Below are positions 37,974 through 48,019 of a DNA stretch of 64,000 nucleotides, piece by piece (the stretch's first letter is position 1; the number at the start of each line of letters is the position of its first letter). The notes below the pieces were generated by a model. The model was not told the origin of the DNA, did not search any database, and worked only from the letters and a program-made list of their open reading frames with translations. The DNA comes from Candidatus Latescibacterota bacterium (GTDB lineage: Bacteria > Latescibacterota > UBA2968 > UBA8231), in assembly GCA_965243025.1 (NCBI GenBank), contig CBDETY010000003.1:3840001-3904000 (forward strand). The letters are read 5' to 3'. The position numbers and the translations under genes were made by a program.

Positions 37974-38015
37974 TCAGGCTTGTCAGGCTTGTCAGGCTTT
38001 TAATGTATAATACAT
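37974..38015. promoter_or_regulatory. 3x 9-bp tandem repeat plus palindrome upstream of the 37942 gene
   Basis: tcaggcttg tcaggcttg tcaggcttt; atgtat-a-atacat at 38003-38015. Confidence 0.45.
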
Positions 38016-38083
38016 CTCCGCCTGCCGGCAGGCTCGTACCCCCGCCTTCCGATGCACCCTCAATTCTGACGCCGGAGGGAAGC

Positions 38084-39007
38084 TCAGCGCCCGCTCAGCC
38101 AGCAGGCGTCCCGCACCAGGGTCTCGACCTCGCTCTTCACGGCGTCCGGAAGCTCGGAGCCGTCCCCGTTCATGCCGCCGGCCAGCCCGGCCAGCTCCTG
38201 CAACTGCTTGATGACGAGGGCGATGTACGACTTGTCGCGCTGCCGGATCTGCTCGATGCGCACCATCGTCCAGTAGGTGTCGTCCCGCTCGAAGCTGCCG
38301 TCGGCGAGGCGCTTCAGCAGGCCGAGGGGCACGTCCGGGAAGGCGTTGCCGATCCCCGTCGACATGCCGCGCGCCGCCCCGACCGCGGCGTACGCCGGCA
38401 TCCACCAGCCCGCGGTGCCGCACAGCCAGGCGGTGCGCTCGTGCCCGAGACGGCCGACCATTTCCGCGTACTCGAGCAGCAGGCCGTTGTTCGCCAGCTT
38501 CACCCCCGGGACCTCGCAGACGTCCATCAGCCGCTCCAGGGTGGAGACCTTCATCGGGTGCTCGGGCCGCGGGTAGAGCATCGGCCCGATCCCGTGCCCG
38601 GAGAGGATCCCCATGGCCTCGCTGAAATAGGCGAACTGCTCCTCGGGATCGCCGGCGGCGGGAGGCATCATCATCGCGAAGGAGATGTCGAGATCGGCCA
38701 GGGCGGGCGCCAGCTGTTTCACCCGCTCGAGGGTGCGGCCGAGCCCGGTCCCGAGGCAGGGGTTGTCCGCCTTTTCGCGCGCGGCCGGTGCGACCGCTGA
38801 CAGCAGCTCGACCTGCTGCTCCGGCGACAGGAGGTCGTGCTCGCCGACGCCGCCGGCGTACACGGCAGCGGTGATGCCGTTGGCGAACAGGAACTCCGCG
38901 TTCGCGGCGTTCGCCTCGAGATCGAGCACCCTCGGCTGCTTCCAGATGGTTGTGGGCACGGCGACCGCGTTGCCGGTCAGTGCCTTGCGGGTATCATTCA
39001 CGTTCAT
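38084..39007 (-). CDS. DHDPS-like lyase/dehydratase
   Basis: GGVGE..LLS, MMMPP, MLY, PGVK. Confidence 0.8.
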   Translation of the reverse strand: MNVNDTRKALTGNAVAVPTTIWKQPRVLDLEANAANAEFLFANGITAAVYAGGVGEHDLLSPEQQVELLSAVAPAAREKADNPCLGTGLGRTLERVKQLAPALADLDISFAMMMPPAAGDPEEQFAYFSEAMGILSGHGIGPMLYPRPEHPMKVSTLERLMDVCEVPGVKLANNGLLLEYAEMVGRLGHERTAWLCGTAGWWMPAYAAVGAARGMSTGIGNAFPDVPLGLLKRLADGSFERDDTYWTMVRIEQIRQRDKSYIALVIKQLQELAGLAGGMNGDGSELPDAVKSEVETLVRDACWLSGR

Positions 39008-39083
39008 GGTCGGCTCCGTTTTTCGATTTTGATGAGGTCAGCATTTCTTCGGAATCCGCCCCGTAAGGCCGCCAACGGCCAGC

Positions 39084-40100
39084 CTACGGGACAAGGACGG
39101 CTTTGGGTGTGGTTTTCGCGATCGACGCCTCGAAGGCGGCCAGGGCCTCTCCGAGGGGGAAGGTCTCGACCAGCTGCTCGACCGGGATGTCCCCGGCGGC
39201 GAGGTGGGCCATCGCTTGCTCGTAGTCCTCCCGCGTCGAGCCGAAGGAGGTGTGCAGGCGCTGCTCGCGGCGAACGAGGTCGGTCGCCGGCAGCGGCACC
39301 GGCGCCGGATAGGTGGCGACCACGCCGATCATGCCGCCCGGCCTGACCGCTTCCGGGGCCGCGGCCAACGCCCCGGGGGCGCCCGAGGCCTCGATCAGGA
39401 TGTCGGCGGGTTCCGGAAGCTGACTCGCCAGCGGCGCCTCCTCGCCGACCACGATCGTCTCCAATCCGAGCTCGCGCGCCTTCAGCAGCCGCACCCCGGC
39501 GTCGGCGGCGACGCCGGTAATCGTCACCTCCGCGCCGCAAACCCTGGCCGCCAGGGCGCAGAGCAGCCCGATGATGCCGCAGCCGGAGACCACCACCCGG
39601 TCGCCCGCCGCGGCCCCGCACCCCTGGCGCACGCAGCGGCAGGCCACTGCCAGCGGCTCGATCAGGGCCCCCTCGAGATGGCTGAGGCCGTCGCGCAGGG
39701 GCACGGCGAAAGCGGCGTCGACGAGGCAGTACTCCGCCATGGCGCCCGGCATGCTCAACCCCATGATGGCCCGGTCCGGGCACTGCTGGGTGTCCCCGGC
39801 CCGGCAGCGGCCGCAGCGGCCGCACCCCTGGACCGACAATGCGCTCGCCCGCTGCCCGGCCTGCCACCCCTTCACCCCGGAGCCGGCGGCGTCCACCACC
39901 CCGGAGAACTCGTGGCCGAGGATCAGCGGCCGCGGCACCCAGTCGAAGTTCGGTTTGGCCTGGGCCGCGGAGACGTCGGACCCGCAAATGCCGACGGCGC
40001 GTACCGCCAGGCGGAGCTGGCCGGGTCCCGGCCGCGGCAGCGGCGCCTCGACCAGGGCGAGGTCGCCGGCCCGGTTGGACTGCATCGACAGCGCCTTCAC
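39084..40100 (-). CDS. Zn-dependent alcohol dehydrogenase (MDR)
   Basis: GICGSD, GHEFSG, CGRCGRC...C, EPL, G.GIIG. Confidence 0.93.
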   Translation of the reverse strand: MKALSMQSNRAGDLALVEAPLPRPGPGQLRLAVRAVGICGSDVSAAQAKPNFDWVPRPLILGHEFSGVVDAAGSGVKGWQAGQRASALSVQGCGRCGRCRAGDTQQCPDRAIMGLSMPGAMAEYCLVDAAFAVPLRDGLSHLEGALIEPLAVACRCVRQGCGAAAGDRVVVSGCGIIGLLCALAARVCGAEVTITGVAADAGVRLLKARELGLETIVVGEEAPLASQLPEPADILIEASGAPGALAAAPEAVRPGGMIGVVATYPAPVPLPATDLVRREQRLHTSFGSTREDYEQAMAHLAAGDIPVEQLVETFPLGEALAAFEASIAKTTPKAVLVP

Positions 40101-40119
40101 CGCCGGGTCCGGAACTCCA

Positions 40120-42234
40120 TCAGTCCGCCAGCCGCAGGGCGCGGACGCGGTTGTTGCCGAAATCGCTGATCAGCAGGATGCGGGAGTCGAAGAAGCAGAG
40201 GGCGCCCGGTTCGTTGAGGCGCGCCTCCGTCCCCTGCTCGCCGTCGGCGGACTCCCCCGGCTCGCCGCAGCCGGCCACGGTCTGCAGGCGTCCGTCGGCG
40301 CCGACGCGGCGCACGCAGTGGTTGTTGGTGTCGGAGAAGTAGAGGCTCCCGTCGATGCCGGCGGCGACGCCCGTCGGCCCGTCGATGCGGGCTTCGGCCG
40401 CCCTCGTGCCGTCCGGCGAGAACCCCGGCTCGCCGCAGCCGGCCACCGTGTCGATGACGCCGTCTGCGTCGACCTTGCGGATCGCGTGCCGCCTGCTGTC
40501 GGCGAAGAAGAGGGCGCCGTCCGGGCCGAAGCAGAGCGCCACCGGCTGGTCAATGCGGGCTGCGGCCGCGGGACCGCCGTCTCCGGAGTACCCGGGAAGT
40601 CCGGTCCCCGCCACGGTGGTGATGATGCCGCTGTCGGCGTCGACCCTGCGGATGCGGCCGACCGCGTCGCCGATGAACAGGTCGCCGTTGGGCCCGTGGG
40701 CGACCGAGTCGATCTGCACGAAGCAGGCGCTGACCGCCAGGGCGCCGTCCCCCTTGTCCCACTCCTGGCCGGTGCCGGCGACGACGCGGATGACGCCGTC
40801 GGCGTCGACCCGGCGGACGTGGGAGTGGCGGGTGTCGGCGATGACGACGCCGCCCTCCGGGTCGACGGAGACGTCGTGCGGGTTGCCGAGGTAGGCCTCG
40901 GTGGCAGGGCCGTTGTCGCCGCCGTAGGCGCGGGCGCCGTTCCCCGCCACGGTGCGGATGATGCCGGTCGCCGGCTCGATGACGCGGATGCGCTGGTTCC
41001 AGGCGTCGGCGAGGTAGATGCGCCCGTCCGCGGCGACGTCGATACCGGCTATGCCGTTGATGTACCCCTCGGTGGCCTCCTCGCCGTCGTGCACGTGGGT
41101 GCCGCCGACCACGGTGGTGACGATGCCGGTGGCCCCGTCGCAGCGGCGCGTGCGTCCCGAGCAGTCCCCCCAGAAGACGGTGCCGTCCGGATCCGCCCAG
41201 ATCCCCGCCTCGACCGAGTTGCAGTGGGTCTCGGGGCCGGGCAGCCCCTCCTCGCCGAAGCCGGGGCAGCCGTTGCCGACCAGGGTGGTGACGATGCCGG
41301 TTGCCGCCTCCACCTTGCGGATGCGGAATCCGTACTTCTCGCCGACGTAGAGGTTGTCGGAGGCGTCGAAGCAGATGGCGTCCGGCATCAGGGTGCTCGC
41401 CTCGACCGCGGGACCGCCGTCGCCGTTGGAGGCGCGCTGCCCGTTGCCGAGGACGGTGGTGACGATGCCGGTCTCCATGTCGATGCGGCGGATGCGGTCG
41501 TTGGAGTTGTCGCAGACGTAGAGGTTCCCCTTCGAGTCGAAGGCGAGGTGCTCCGGGTGGTGGAAGCCGGCCTCGGCCGCGGGGCCGCCGTCGCCGTGGT
41601 AGCCGCCGAGGCTTATTCCCGGGCCGCCGCCCGGCCGGCTGTCGCCCCGCTCGGAAGGGTAGTGGCGTCCGTCGAGGCCGGCGAAGCGCTCGATGATGCC
41701 CGTTCCCGCGTCGACGCGGCGGATGTTGTTGGCCCACTCGCTCGACAGGTAGAGATCGCCGTTGGCGGCGACGGCGATGCCGCAGGTGGTGTCCATCTCG
41801 GCGTCCACCGCCGGACCGCCGTCCCCGCCGCGGCCGATCTTGCCGCTGCCGGCGACCCGGGTGACGATGCCGGTTTCGGCGTCGATGCGGCGGTACACCT
41901 GGTTGCAGAGGTCCGACAGGTAGAGGTTCCCCTGCCTGTCGATGGCGAGGTCGTGGGGGTTGTTGAAGCGCGCCGCTGCCGCGGGGCCGCCGTCGCCGCT
42001 GAAGCCGCGGATGCCGTCGCCGGCGAAGTTGTGGAGGATGCCGTCTGCGTCTATGCGGTAGAGGCGGTGCCACTGGTAGTCGACGACGATGAGGTCGCCG
42101 TCAGGGCGGCGGACGACGCCGAGGGTCCAGCCGGCGTCGGCGTCGCGCGCCGGGATGCCTTCGCGGAAGCCCGCCCCGGCGATGCGGACGAGGGCGCCTG
42201 GGGCCATGCGGCCGAACAGTTCGGGAAGGTTCAT
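40120..42234 (-). CDS. NHL-repeat (teneurin-like) protein
   Basis: About 10 repeats of GFSGDGGPA..A....P...D..GNLY..D..N.RIRR.D..TGI.TT.AG. Confidence 0.92.
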   Translation of the reverse strand: MNLPELFGRMAPGALVRIAGAGFREGIPARDADAGWTLGVVRRPDGDLIVVDYQWHRLYRIDADGILHNFAGDGIRGFSGDGGPAAAARFNNPHDLAIDRQGNLYLSDLCNQVYRRIDAETGIVTRVAGSGKIGRGGDGGPAVDAEMDTTCGIAVAANGDLYLSSEWANNIRRVDAGTGIIERFAGLDGRHYPSERGDSRPGGGPGISLGGYHGDGGPAAEAGFHHPEHLAFDSKGNLYVCDNSNDRIRRIDMETGIVTTVLGNGQRASNGDGGPAVEASTLMPDAICFDASDNLYVGEKYGFRIRKVEAATGIVTTLVGNGCPGFGEEGLPGPETHCNSVEAGIWADPDGTVFWGDCSGRTRRCDGATGIVTTVVGGTHVHDGEEATEGYINGIAGIDVAADGRIYLADAWNQRIRVIEPATGIIRTVAGNGARAYGGDNGPATEAYLGNPHDVSVDPEGGVVIADTRHSHVRRVDADGVIRVVAGTGQEWDKGDGALAVSACFVQIDSVAHGPNGDLFIGDAVGRIRRVDADSGIITTVAGTGLPGYSGDGGPAAAARIDQPVALCFGPDGALFFADSRRHAIRKVDADGVIDTVAGCGEPGFSPDGTRAAEARIDGPTGVAAGIDGSLYFSDTNNHCVRRVGADGRLQTVAGCGEPGESADGEQGTEARLNEPGALCFFDSRILLISDFGNNRVRALRLAD

Positions 42235-43484
42235 GGCCGCCCCGCCACGACCGGGTCGGTCCGGTCCTGGGGTGACAGGGGCTCGCCGCCCCCCGCGGTG
42301 ACCACGAAGGAGCACTCGACCTGGAAGGAGAAGGCCCCCGGGTTGAACAGGCCGGCCTCCAGCGACAGCACCATCCCGGTCTCCAGCGGCAGGTCGGAGG
42401 GCTCGTCGACGCAGTCGTCGCGGATGCGCAGGCCGTTGTCGGGGACCAGGACCGGGTAGTCGCGGACCTCGAGGCCGATGCCGTGGCCGTGGGGAAAGGA
42501 CCCGGTGATTCCGCGCCCCTCCAGCAGGCCGCTCATGGCCGCGGCGACGCTCGAAGCCTTCACCCCGGCGCGGGCGGCCTCGGCGCCGGCGGCGACCGCG
42601 TCGCGGAGCCCCTCGTAGCGGGCGCGGTCCTCCGCGCCAGGCTCGCGCAGCGCCAGGGTCTGGCCGCTGTCGGAGAAGTAACAGTCGAAGACGCAGCCGT
42701 AGTCGGTGTAGAGGAGGTCGTCCTCGAGGAGGGTCACGTCCGGTTCCGTCGAGAGCCCGAGGCCGCGGACGCAGACCGCGAAGTGGTCGAGGTCCGCCCC
42801 CTCGCGCGCCACCAGGGTGCGGTACTCGGCCACCATATCCCGGGTCGAGGTGCCGGGGCGGGCGCCGGACAGCACCCGGGCGGCCGACTCCTCGCCGATG
42901 CGGCAGGCGGTGCGCAGGCGCTCGAGCTCTTCCGGCCCCTTCACCATGCGGATGAGGAGGATGAGGTTGGAGCAGTCCCTGATCGCGGCTTCCGGCAGGC
43001 TCTCGCGGATCCCGGCGAGGGTTGCGGCCGGCAGGTTGTCGCACTCGATACCGATGCGGCCGTCGGCGAGGCCGCGGTCGGCCAGCGCCTCCGCCAAGGA
43101 GCCGACCGCGGTGGCGTCCGGGTCGAGACGGCGGGCGAACTCGAGGAAGTACTGCTGCCGCTCGCTGAGCGGGAGAGCGGCCGGTGCCGAGTCGTCGAAG
43201 CCCCCTCCTCCCGCGGAACGCACGTCGAGCACCCAGGAATCGAGGGAGTTGGCGGCCAGCAGCGGCACCAGGACGAGGGCGGGCTCGCCGTGCCGCGGGA
43301 ACAGGGCGAACTGCTGCGTCAGCCCGGTGCCGGCGCCAGGCCGGGTCATGTACTCCTTGAACAGCTTGTCGAGCCAGCAGTAGTAGTCGCTGAAGTAGGT
43401 GATGTTGGTCGGGCTCGTCGCCACCAGGGCGTCGAGGCCGCAGCGGTCCATGTACTCGACGGCGCGCCCGCGGTTGAAAAGCAT
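42231..43484 (-). CDS. M24 Xaa-Pro peptidase family protein
   Basis: LDALVATSP.NI.YFSD, TDYG.....Y.SD, HGHGIGLE, SLE. Confidence 0.9.
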   Translation of the reverse strand: MLFNRGRAVEYMDRCGLDALVATSPTNITYFSDYYCWLDKLFKEYMTRPGAGTGLTQQFALFPRHGEPALVLVPLLAANSLDSWVLDVRSAGGGGFDDSAPAALPLSERQQYFLEFARRLDPDATAVGSLAEALADRGLADGRIGIECDNLPAATLAGIRESLPEAAIRDCSNLILLIRMVKGPEELERLRTACRIGEESAARVLSGARPGTSTRDMVAEYRTLVAREGADLDHFAVCVRGLGLSTEPDVTLLEDDLLYTDYGCVFDCYFSDSGQTLALREPGAEDRARYEGLRDAVAAGAEAARAGVKASSVAAAMSGLLEGRGITGSFPHGHGIGLEVRDYPVLVPDNGLRIRDDCVDEPSDLPLETGMVLSLEAGLFNPGAFSFQVECSFVVTAGGGEPLSPQDRTDPVVAGRP

Positions 43485-43501
43485 GATGTATGTACGTGCT
43501 C

Positions 43502-44275
43502 CTACCTGTAAGGTTCCATCGCTGCATCCGCCGCCGCCTGCAGCAGGCTGTACTCGGTCTGCCGCGTGCTGCCGAAGATCAGGCAGCCCCGCTCGCGCTC
43601 GCGCTCGTACGCGGCCCGGTCCTTCGGCATGACCGCCGGCTCGACGGCCAGGCCCCTGGCGAGGGCCGCGGCGATCACTTTCTCCATGGCGGCGAGCACC
43701 TCGGGGTGCTCCCACTGCCCGTGAAAGCCCATGGTGGCCGCCAGGTCCCCGGGTCCGAAGACAATGCCGTCCACCTGCTCGACCGCGAGTATGGCGTCGA
43801 TGTTCTCGACCGCCAGGGCCGACTCGATCTTGGGGATCACCAGCACCGCCTCGTTGGCCGCCTCGCAGTAGGCGGCGACGTCGCTGCTGTCGTAGCCGGC
43901 GTTGGCCCCCAGGGCGAGGCCGCGTTCCCCCGCCGGGGCGTACCTGCACCAGCGCACCAGCTCTTCCACCTGCCCGGCGGTATCGGCGTGCGACAGCACG
44001 ATGCCGAGGGCGCCGGCGTCGAGCATGCGCGACACCAGGGCGCGCTCCGGGGCCACCACCGTCACCCATGGGGCGAGCCCGTTGTCGCGGGCGAGGACGA
44101 GGAAGTTGGTCAGGGTCTCCTCGTTGTGGACCACGTGCTCGGTGTCGACCATGAGAAAGTCGAAACCGGCGCGGGCGGCGACCTTGGCCACCGACGGGCG
44201 CAGCGACTCGAAGACGTTGAACCCGGCCGCCGGATCCCCCCGCTTCCAGGCCTCTTTTACTGGATTGCTGATCAT
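43502..44275 (-). CDS. HpcH/HpaI aldolase family
   Basis: GFDFLMVDTEH, LDAGA.G, YAP.GERG, KIES, FGPGDL. Confidence 0.9.
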   Translation of the reverse strand: MISNPVKEAWKRGDPAAGFNVFESLRPSVAKVAARAGFDFLMVDTEHVVHNEETLTNFLVLARDNGLAPWVTVVAPERALVSRMLDAGALGIVLSHADTAGQVEELVRWCRYAPAGERGLALGANAGYDSSDVAAYCEAANEAVLVIPKIESALAVENIDAILAVEQVDGIVFGPGDLAATMGFHGQWEHPEVLAAMEKVIAAALARGLAVEPAVMPKDRAAYERERERGCLIFGSTRQTEYSLLQAAADAAMEPYR

Positions 44276-44277
44276 GG

Positions 44278-46170
44278 TCAGTAGTGGAACCTCTGCTTGC
44301 GGCGGTCGCGCTCGTACGCGGCGCGGAGCTCGCGAGCCTCGGGGTTTGAGCTCACCTCGGCGACCTCGACGTCCCACCACATGCCGGAAGGGGGCGGGAA
44401 CCGGTGCTTCTCGATCTCGGCGGCGATGACGCAGGGGCGGGTTTCGGCCCGCGCCTCCCTGAGAGCGGCGCGCAGCTCCTCCTCCGTCTCGACGCGCCAG
44501 GTGGCCGCCCCCATGCTGGCGCCGTTGCCGGCGAAGTCGATGTCGAGGTAGTCGCCGGACAGGCGCCTCGTCTGCGGGTCGCGGGCGCGGAACTCGTTGC
44601 CGAAATCCCTCCCCGTCGTCGCCAGCTGCAGGCCCCTGATGCACTGGTACCCGTGGTTGTTGGAGACGATCACGGTGATCTTCAACCCCTCCTGCACCGC
44701 GGTGACGATCTCGGTCGGGGACATCAGGTAGGTGCCGTCGCCGACGAAGACGTACACCTCTCCCCGCGGCTGCGCCATGCGCACGCCGATGCCGGCGGGG
44801 ATCTCGTACCCCATGCAGGAGTAGCCGAACTCGAGGTGGCAGTGCCGGCCGCCTGCGGTGTCCCAGAGCTTGTGCAGGTCGCCGGGCTGGTTTCCCGCCG
44901 CCGAGATCACCGTGTCCCCCGGCTCCGCCTCTTCGTTGAGGATGCCGATCAGGTGCCCCTGGCTCATCGCCTCGCCCGGGGCCTGGGTGTAGATCTCCTT
45001 CTCCTTCTGCCGGCGCCAGGTCTCCCTCGCCGCGGCGATCTCCTCGACGTACGCGGCGTCCGGCTCGATGCCGGCCTCGGCGCAGGCCTTCGCAAGGGCG
45101 CTCAGGGCCTCGCGGGCGTCGGCGACGATCGGCAGAGCCCCCTGCTTGTACGCGTCGCGCCCGGCGACGTTGATGCCGATGAACTTCACCTCCGGATGGT
45201 GGAAGGCGGCCTGCGACGCGGTGGCGAAGTCGCTCAGGCGGGTGCCGGCGCAGATGACGAGGTCGGACTGGCCGATGATGCGGTACGCCGCGGGGTTGCC
45301 GCTGATGCCGAACGAGTGCAGGCAGAGCTCCGATTCGGCGGCCATGGCGCCGCGGCCTGCCAGGGTCTCCCCGACCGCCATGCCGGTCTGCTCGGCGAAC
45401 TCCCGCAGCTGGCGGGAAGCGTCGGAGTAGTGGACCCCGCCGCCGGCGATGACCGCCGGTCTCCGGGCGGCCCTGATCATCTCCACCGCCTCGGCGATCC
45501 GCCGCGGCTCCGGGGGCCGGCGGTCGACGCCCCAGGTGCGCTCCTCGAAGAAGCGGACCGGGAAATCCCAGGCGTGCGCCTGGACGTCCTGGGGCAGCGA
45601 CAGGGTTACGGCGCCGGTCTCGGCCGGGTCGAGGAGGACGCGCATCGCCTCGGGGAGCGCGGTCAGCAGCTGCTCGGGCCGCCCGATGCGGTCGAAGAAG
45701 CGGCTCACCGGCCGGAAGCAGTCGTTGACGCTGACGTCGGCCGCGGACGGGTTCTCGAGCTCCTGCAGCACCGTCCCCTGGTGGCGGGTGGCGTAGTAGT
45801 CGGAGGGCAGCAGCAGCACCGGCAGCCTGTTGATGGTCGCCGTCGCCGCCCCGGAGACCATGTTGGTCGCCCCCGGACCGATGGAGGAGGTGCAGGCGAG
45901 GGTCGCCAGGCGCCGGTTGGCCTTGGCGTACCCCGACGCCGTGTGCACCATCGACTGCTCGTTGCAGGGCTGGTAGTAGGGAAGCCCGGCGCCGCCGCAT
46001 TCCTCCAGGGCCTGGCCGAGGCCGGCGACGTTGCCGTGCCCGAAGATCCCGAACAGGGCCGGGACGAGGCGGCGGCGCTCCCCGTCCCGCTCGCTGTACT
46101 GGACCTTCAGGTATTCTACGAGGGCCTGCGCCATGGTCAGGCGCCGGGTCTCGTGATCGTGGATGCTCAT
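44278..46170 (-). CDS. iolD: 3D-(3,5/4)-trihydroxycyclohexane-1,2-dione acylhydrolase
   Basis: LTMAQALV, GIFGHGNVAGLG, NEQ.MVH, SSIGPGATNM, HLEFGYSCMGYEI, VGDGTYLM. Confidence 0.95.
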   Translation of the reverse strand: MSIHDHETRRLTMAQALVEYLKVQYSERDGERRRLVPALFGIFGHGNVAGLGQALEECGGAGLPYYQPCNEQSMVHTASGYAKANRRLATLACTSSIGPGATNMVSGAATATINRLPVLLLPSDYYATRHQGTVLQELENPSAADVSVNDCFRPVSRFFDRIGRPEQLLTALPEAMRVLLDPAETGAVTLSLPQDVQAHAWDFPVRFFEERTWGVDRRPPEPRRIAEAVEMIRAARRPAVIAGGGVHYSDASRQLREFAEQTGMAVGETLAGRGAMAAESELCLHSFGISGNPAAYRIIGQSDLVICAGTRLSDFATASQAAFHHPEVKFIGINVAGRDAYKQGALPIVADAREALSALAKACAEAGIEPDAAYVEEIAAARETWRRQKEKEIYTQAPGEAMSQGHLIGILNEEAEPGDTVISAAGNQPGDLHKLWDTAGGRHCHLEFGYSCMGYEIPAGIGVRMAQPRGEVYVFVGDGTYLMSPTEIVTAVQEGLKITVIVSNNHGYQCIRGLQLATTGRDFGNEFRARDPQTRRLSGDYLDIDFAGNGASMGAATWRVETEEELRAALREARAETRPCVIAAEIEKHRFPPPSGMWWDVEVAEVSSNPEARELRAAYERDRRKQRFHY

Positions 46171-46307
46171 GGCATGTCTCCGTGTGCGCCGATTACTCGA
46201 TGGCCTCGCGTCACCTCAATTGACAGCTCGCCGTACCCTGGCTCGCGCGCCTGCCGGGTCCATGCAGCACCCGGGACAAAGCGCCCCGGCGGCGGCCTTC
46301 CTGCCCC

Positions 46308-47480
46308 TCATCCGCCGATCCTCCGCACCTGTTCCCAGCTCTCGCTCTCCCAGGACCTGGCGACGGCGTCCTGAACCTCGGCAACGGCCAGGGCCTCGGC
46401 AAAACCGGGTTCCCCCTGCCTGCCGGCGGCGATGCTGTCGAGGAATTTGCCGGCCTCGATCGCCTTGAGGTCGTCGTATCCCAGGCCGAGGGCGGGCCCC
46501 GGCGTGAAGCGCAGGTGGGACGGGTGCTCCGGGCCGCTGACGATGGTGGCGAAGCCGTCCTGTCCGCCGTCCTCTTCCGGAAGGTAGACCTGCAGCTCGT
46601 TCATGCGCTCGAAGTCCCAGCGGACCGCCCCCCTGGTCCCGTGCACCTCGAAGGCCATCTGGCACTTGAGGCCGCTGATTATGCGGTCGACCTCGAAGCT
46701 TCCCCGGGCGCCGTTGGCGAAGCGGACCAGGGCGCCGGCATAGTCCTCGTTGGTCACCTTTCCCCTGGGGCCGCCGCTGCTCACCGAGAAGTGGGTGCCT
46801 TCCCCGGCCGCGGCCAGGGGGCGCTCGCCGATGAAGGTGGCGCGGCTGCCGGCGACGCTCTCGATCGGACCGGCCAGCGAGTGCGCCATGTCGATTACGT
46901 GCGACATCAGGTCCCCGAGGGCCCCGAGGCCGGCGCGCTCCCGCTGGAACCGCCAGGAGAGGACGCCGTCGGGGTTGCTGGCGTAGCCCACGAGGAAACG
47001 GCCGCGGTAGTGGGTGAGGTCGCCGAGCCGGCCGTCGCGGATGAGCCGGCGGGAGTGCTGCACGAGCGGCGCCCAGCGGTAGTTGTAGCCGACGAAGCTC
47101 AGCACCCCTGCTTCCCTGGCGGCCGCCTCGATGCCGGCGGTCTCCCGCGGCCCGCGCCCCACCGGTTTCTCGCAGAAGACGTGCTTTCCGGCCGCCGCGG
47201 CGGCCTCGACGATCTCGAGGTGGCCGTCGTTCGGAGTGGCGATGCTGACGACGGCGACCTCGGGATTGTCGACGACCTCCCGCCAGTCCGTGGTGCTGCC
47301 GGCAAACCCGAAGCGCTGCCGGGCTTCGCGGGCGCGGCTCTCGACGTCGTCGGCGCAGACCACCAGCCGGGGCTGGAGGCCGCTGTCCCAGAAGCGGTCG
47401 GCGACAGTGCGGTAGGAGCGGCTGTGGACCTGCCCCATCCACCCCATTCCGATTACCCCGATGCCTGTGGTCCGAGCCAT
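46308..47480 (-). CDS. Gfo/Idh/MocA oxidoreductase (inositol dehydrogenase-like)
   Basis: [30 protein letters not shown]; adjacent to iolD. Confidence 0.88.
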   Translation of the reverse strand: MARTTGIGVIGMGWMGQVHSRSYRTVADRFWDSGLQPRLVVCADDVESRAREARQRFGFAGSTTDWREVVDNPEVAVVSIATPNDGHLEIVEAAAAAGKHVFCEKPVGRGPRETAGIEAAAREAGVLSFVGYNYRWAPLVQHSRRLIRDGRLGDLTHYRGRFLVGYASNPDGVLSWRFQRERAGLGALGDLMSHVIDMAHSLAGPIESVAGSRATFIGERPLAAAGEGTHFSVSSGGPRGKVTNEDYAGALVRFANGARGSFEVDRIISGLKCQMAFEVHGTRGAVRWDFERMNELQVYLPEEDGGQDGFATIVSGPEHPSHLRFTPGPALGLGYDDLKAIEAGKFLDSIAAGRQGEPGFAEALAVAEVQDAVARSWESESWEQVRRIGG

Positions 47481-47635
47481 TTTCAATCCCGTCCGCTGCG
47501 AGCGGCAGAAGGTATCCGGGCTGTCCGCGCCGGACAAGCGGGGACCCGGGCGCACGACCGTTCCGGTGGTGAGCCATGTCGAAAACCGGGACCCGCCCCG
47601 GCCGGCCTTCCGGCTCCGTCCCCTGCCCGGACAGC

Positions 47636-47664
47636 TTGACTTTTACCGGCGGGGAGGGTAGCGT
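47636..47664 (+). promoter_or_regulatory. Sigma70-like promoter upstream of polysaccharide export genes
   Basis: TTGACT-17 nt-TAGCGT; overlaps ops-like gggtagcgt. Confidence 0.5.
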
Positions 47665-48019
47665 TTACTATTCTTTCCGCAGGTCATCCCCCCACGTTCT
47701 TCACCGGTCAACTCCCTTTCCTCGTTTCGTCCATGCCGTACTCCGCAGTCCTGTACCTTCCCGCGCGGGCTCCGCTCGGCAAGGGTCCGGCCACCTGATC
47801 GCCGCCAGTCACCGGCTTCGCGGCGCGGCCCTCGCCGCGTCACCCTTCCAGCGGCGTTTCGACACGCGAACCTTGCCGGCATACGGCCATCGACCTCACC
47901 AGGACAGTCCTGAAGTCATGAACAGACCCGCGGCGCGACGCCGGGTTGCAGGCAGCCGCCGAGGCTGGACCCGGGCATTTCGACGAAACCACCATGCCGA
48001 ATCGGCAACAGGAGGAATC

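Noticed and set aside
39571-42459. 962-aa + strand ORF, and similar long ORFs 5242..7623, 52204..54909, 58361..61897, 47840..50104
   Set aside because: High-GC shadow or alternative-frame ORFs overlapping well-supported genes; no family motifs
40120-43527. 1135-aa version of the NHL protein
   Set aside because: The upstream ~430 aa are an off-frame overlap with the M24 gene; the true start is 42234 (ATGA overlap)
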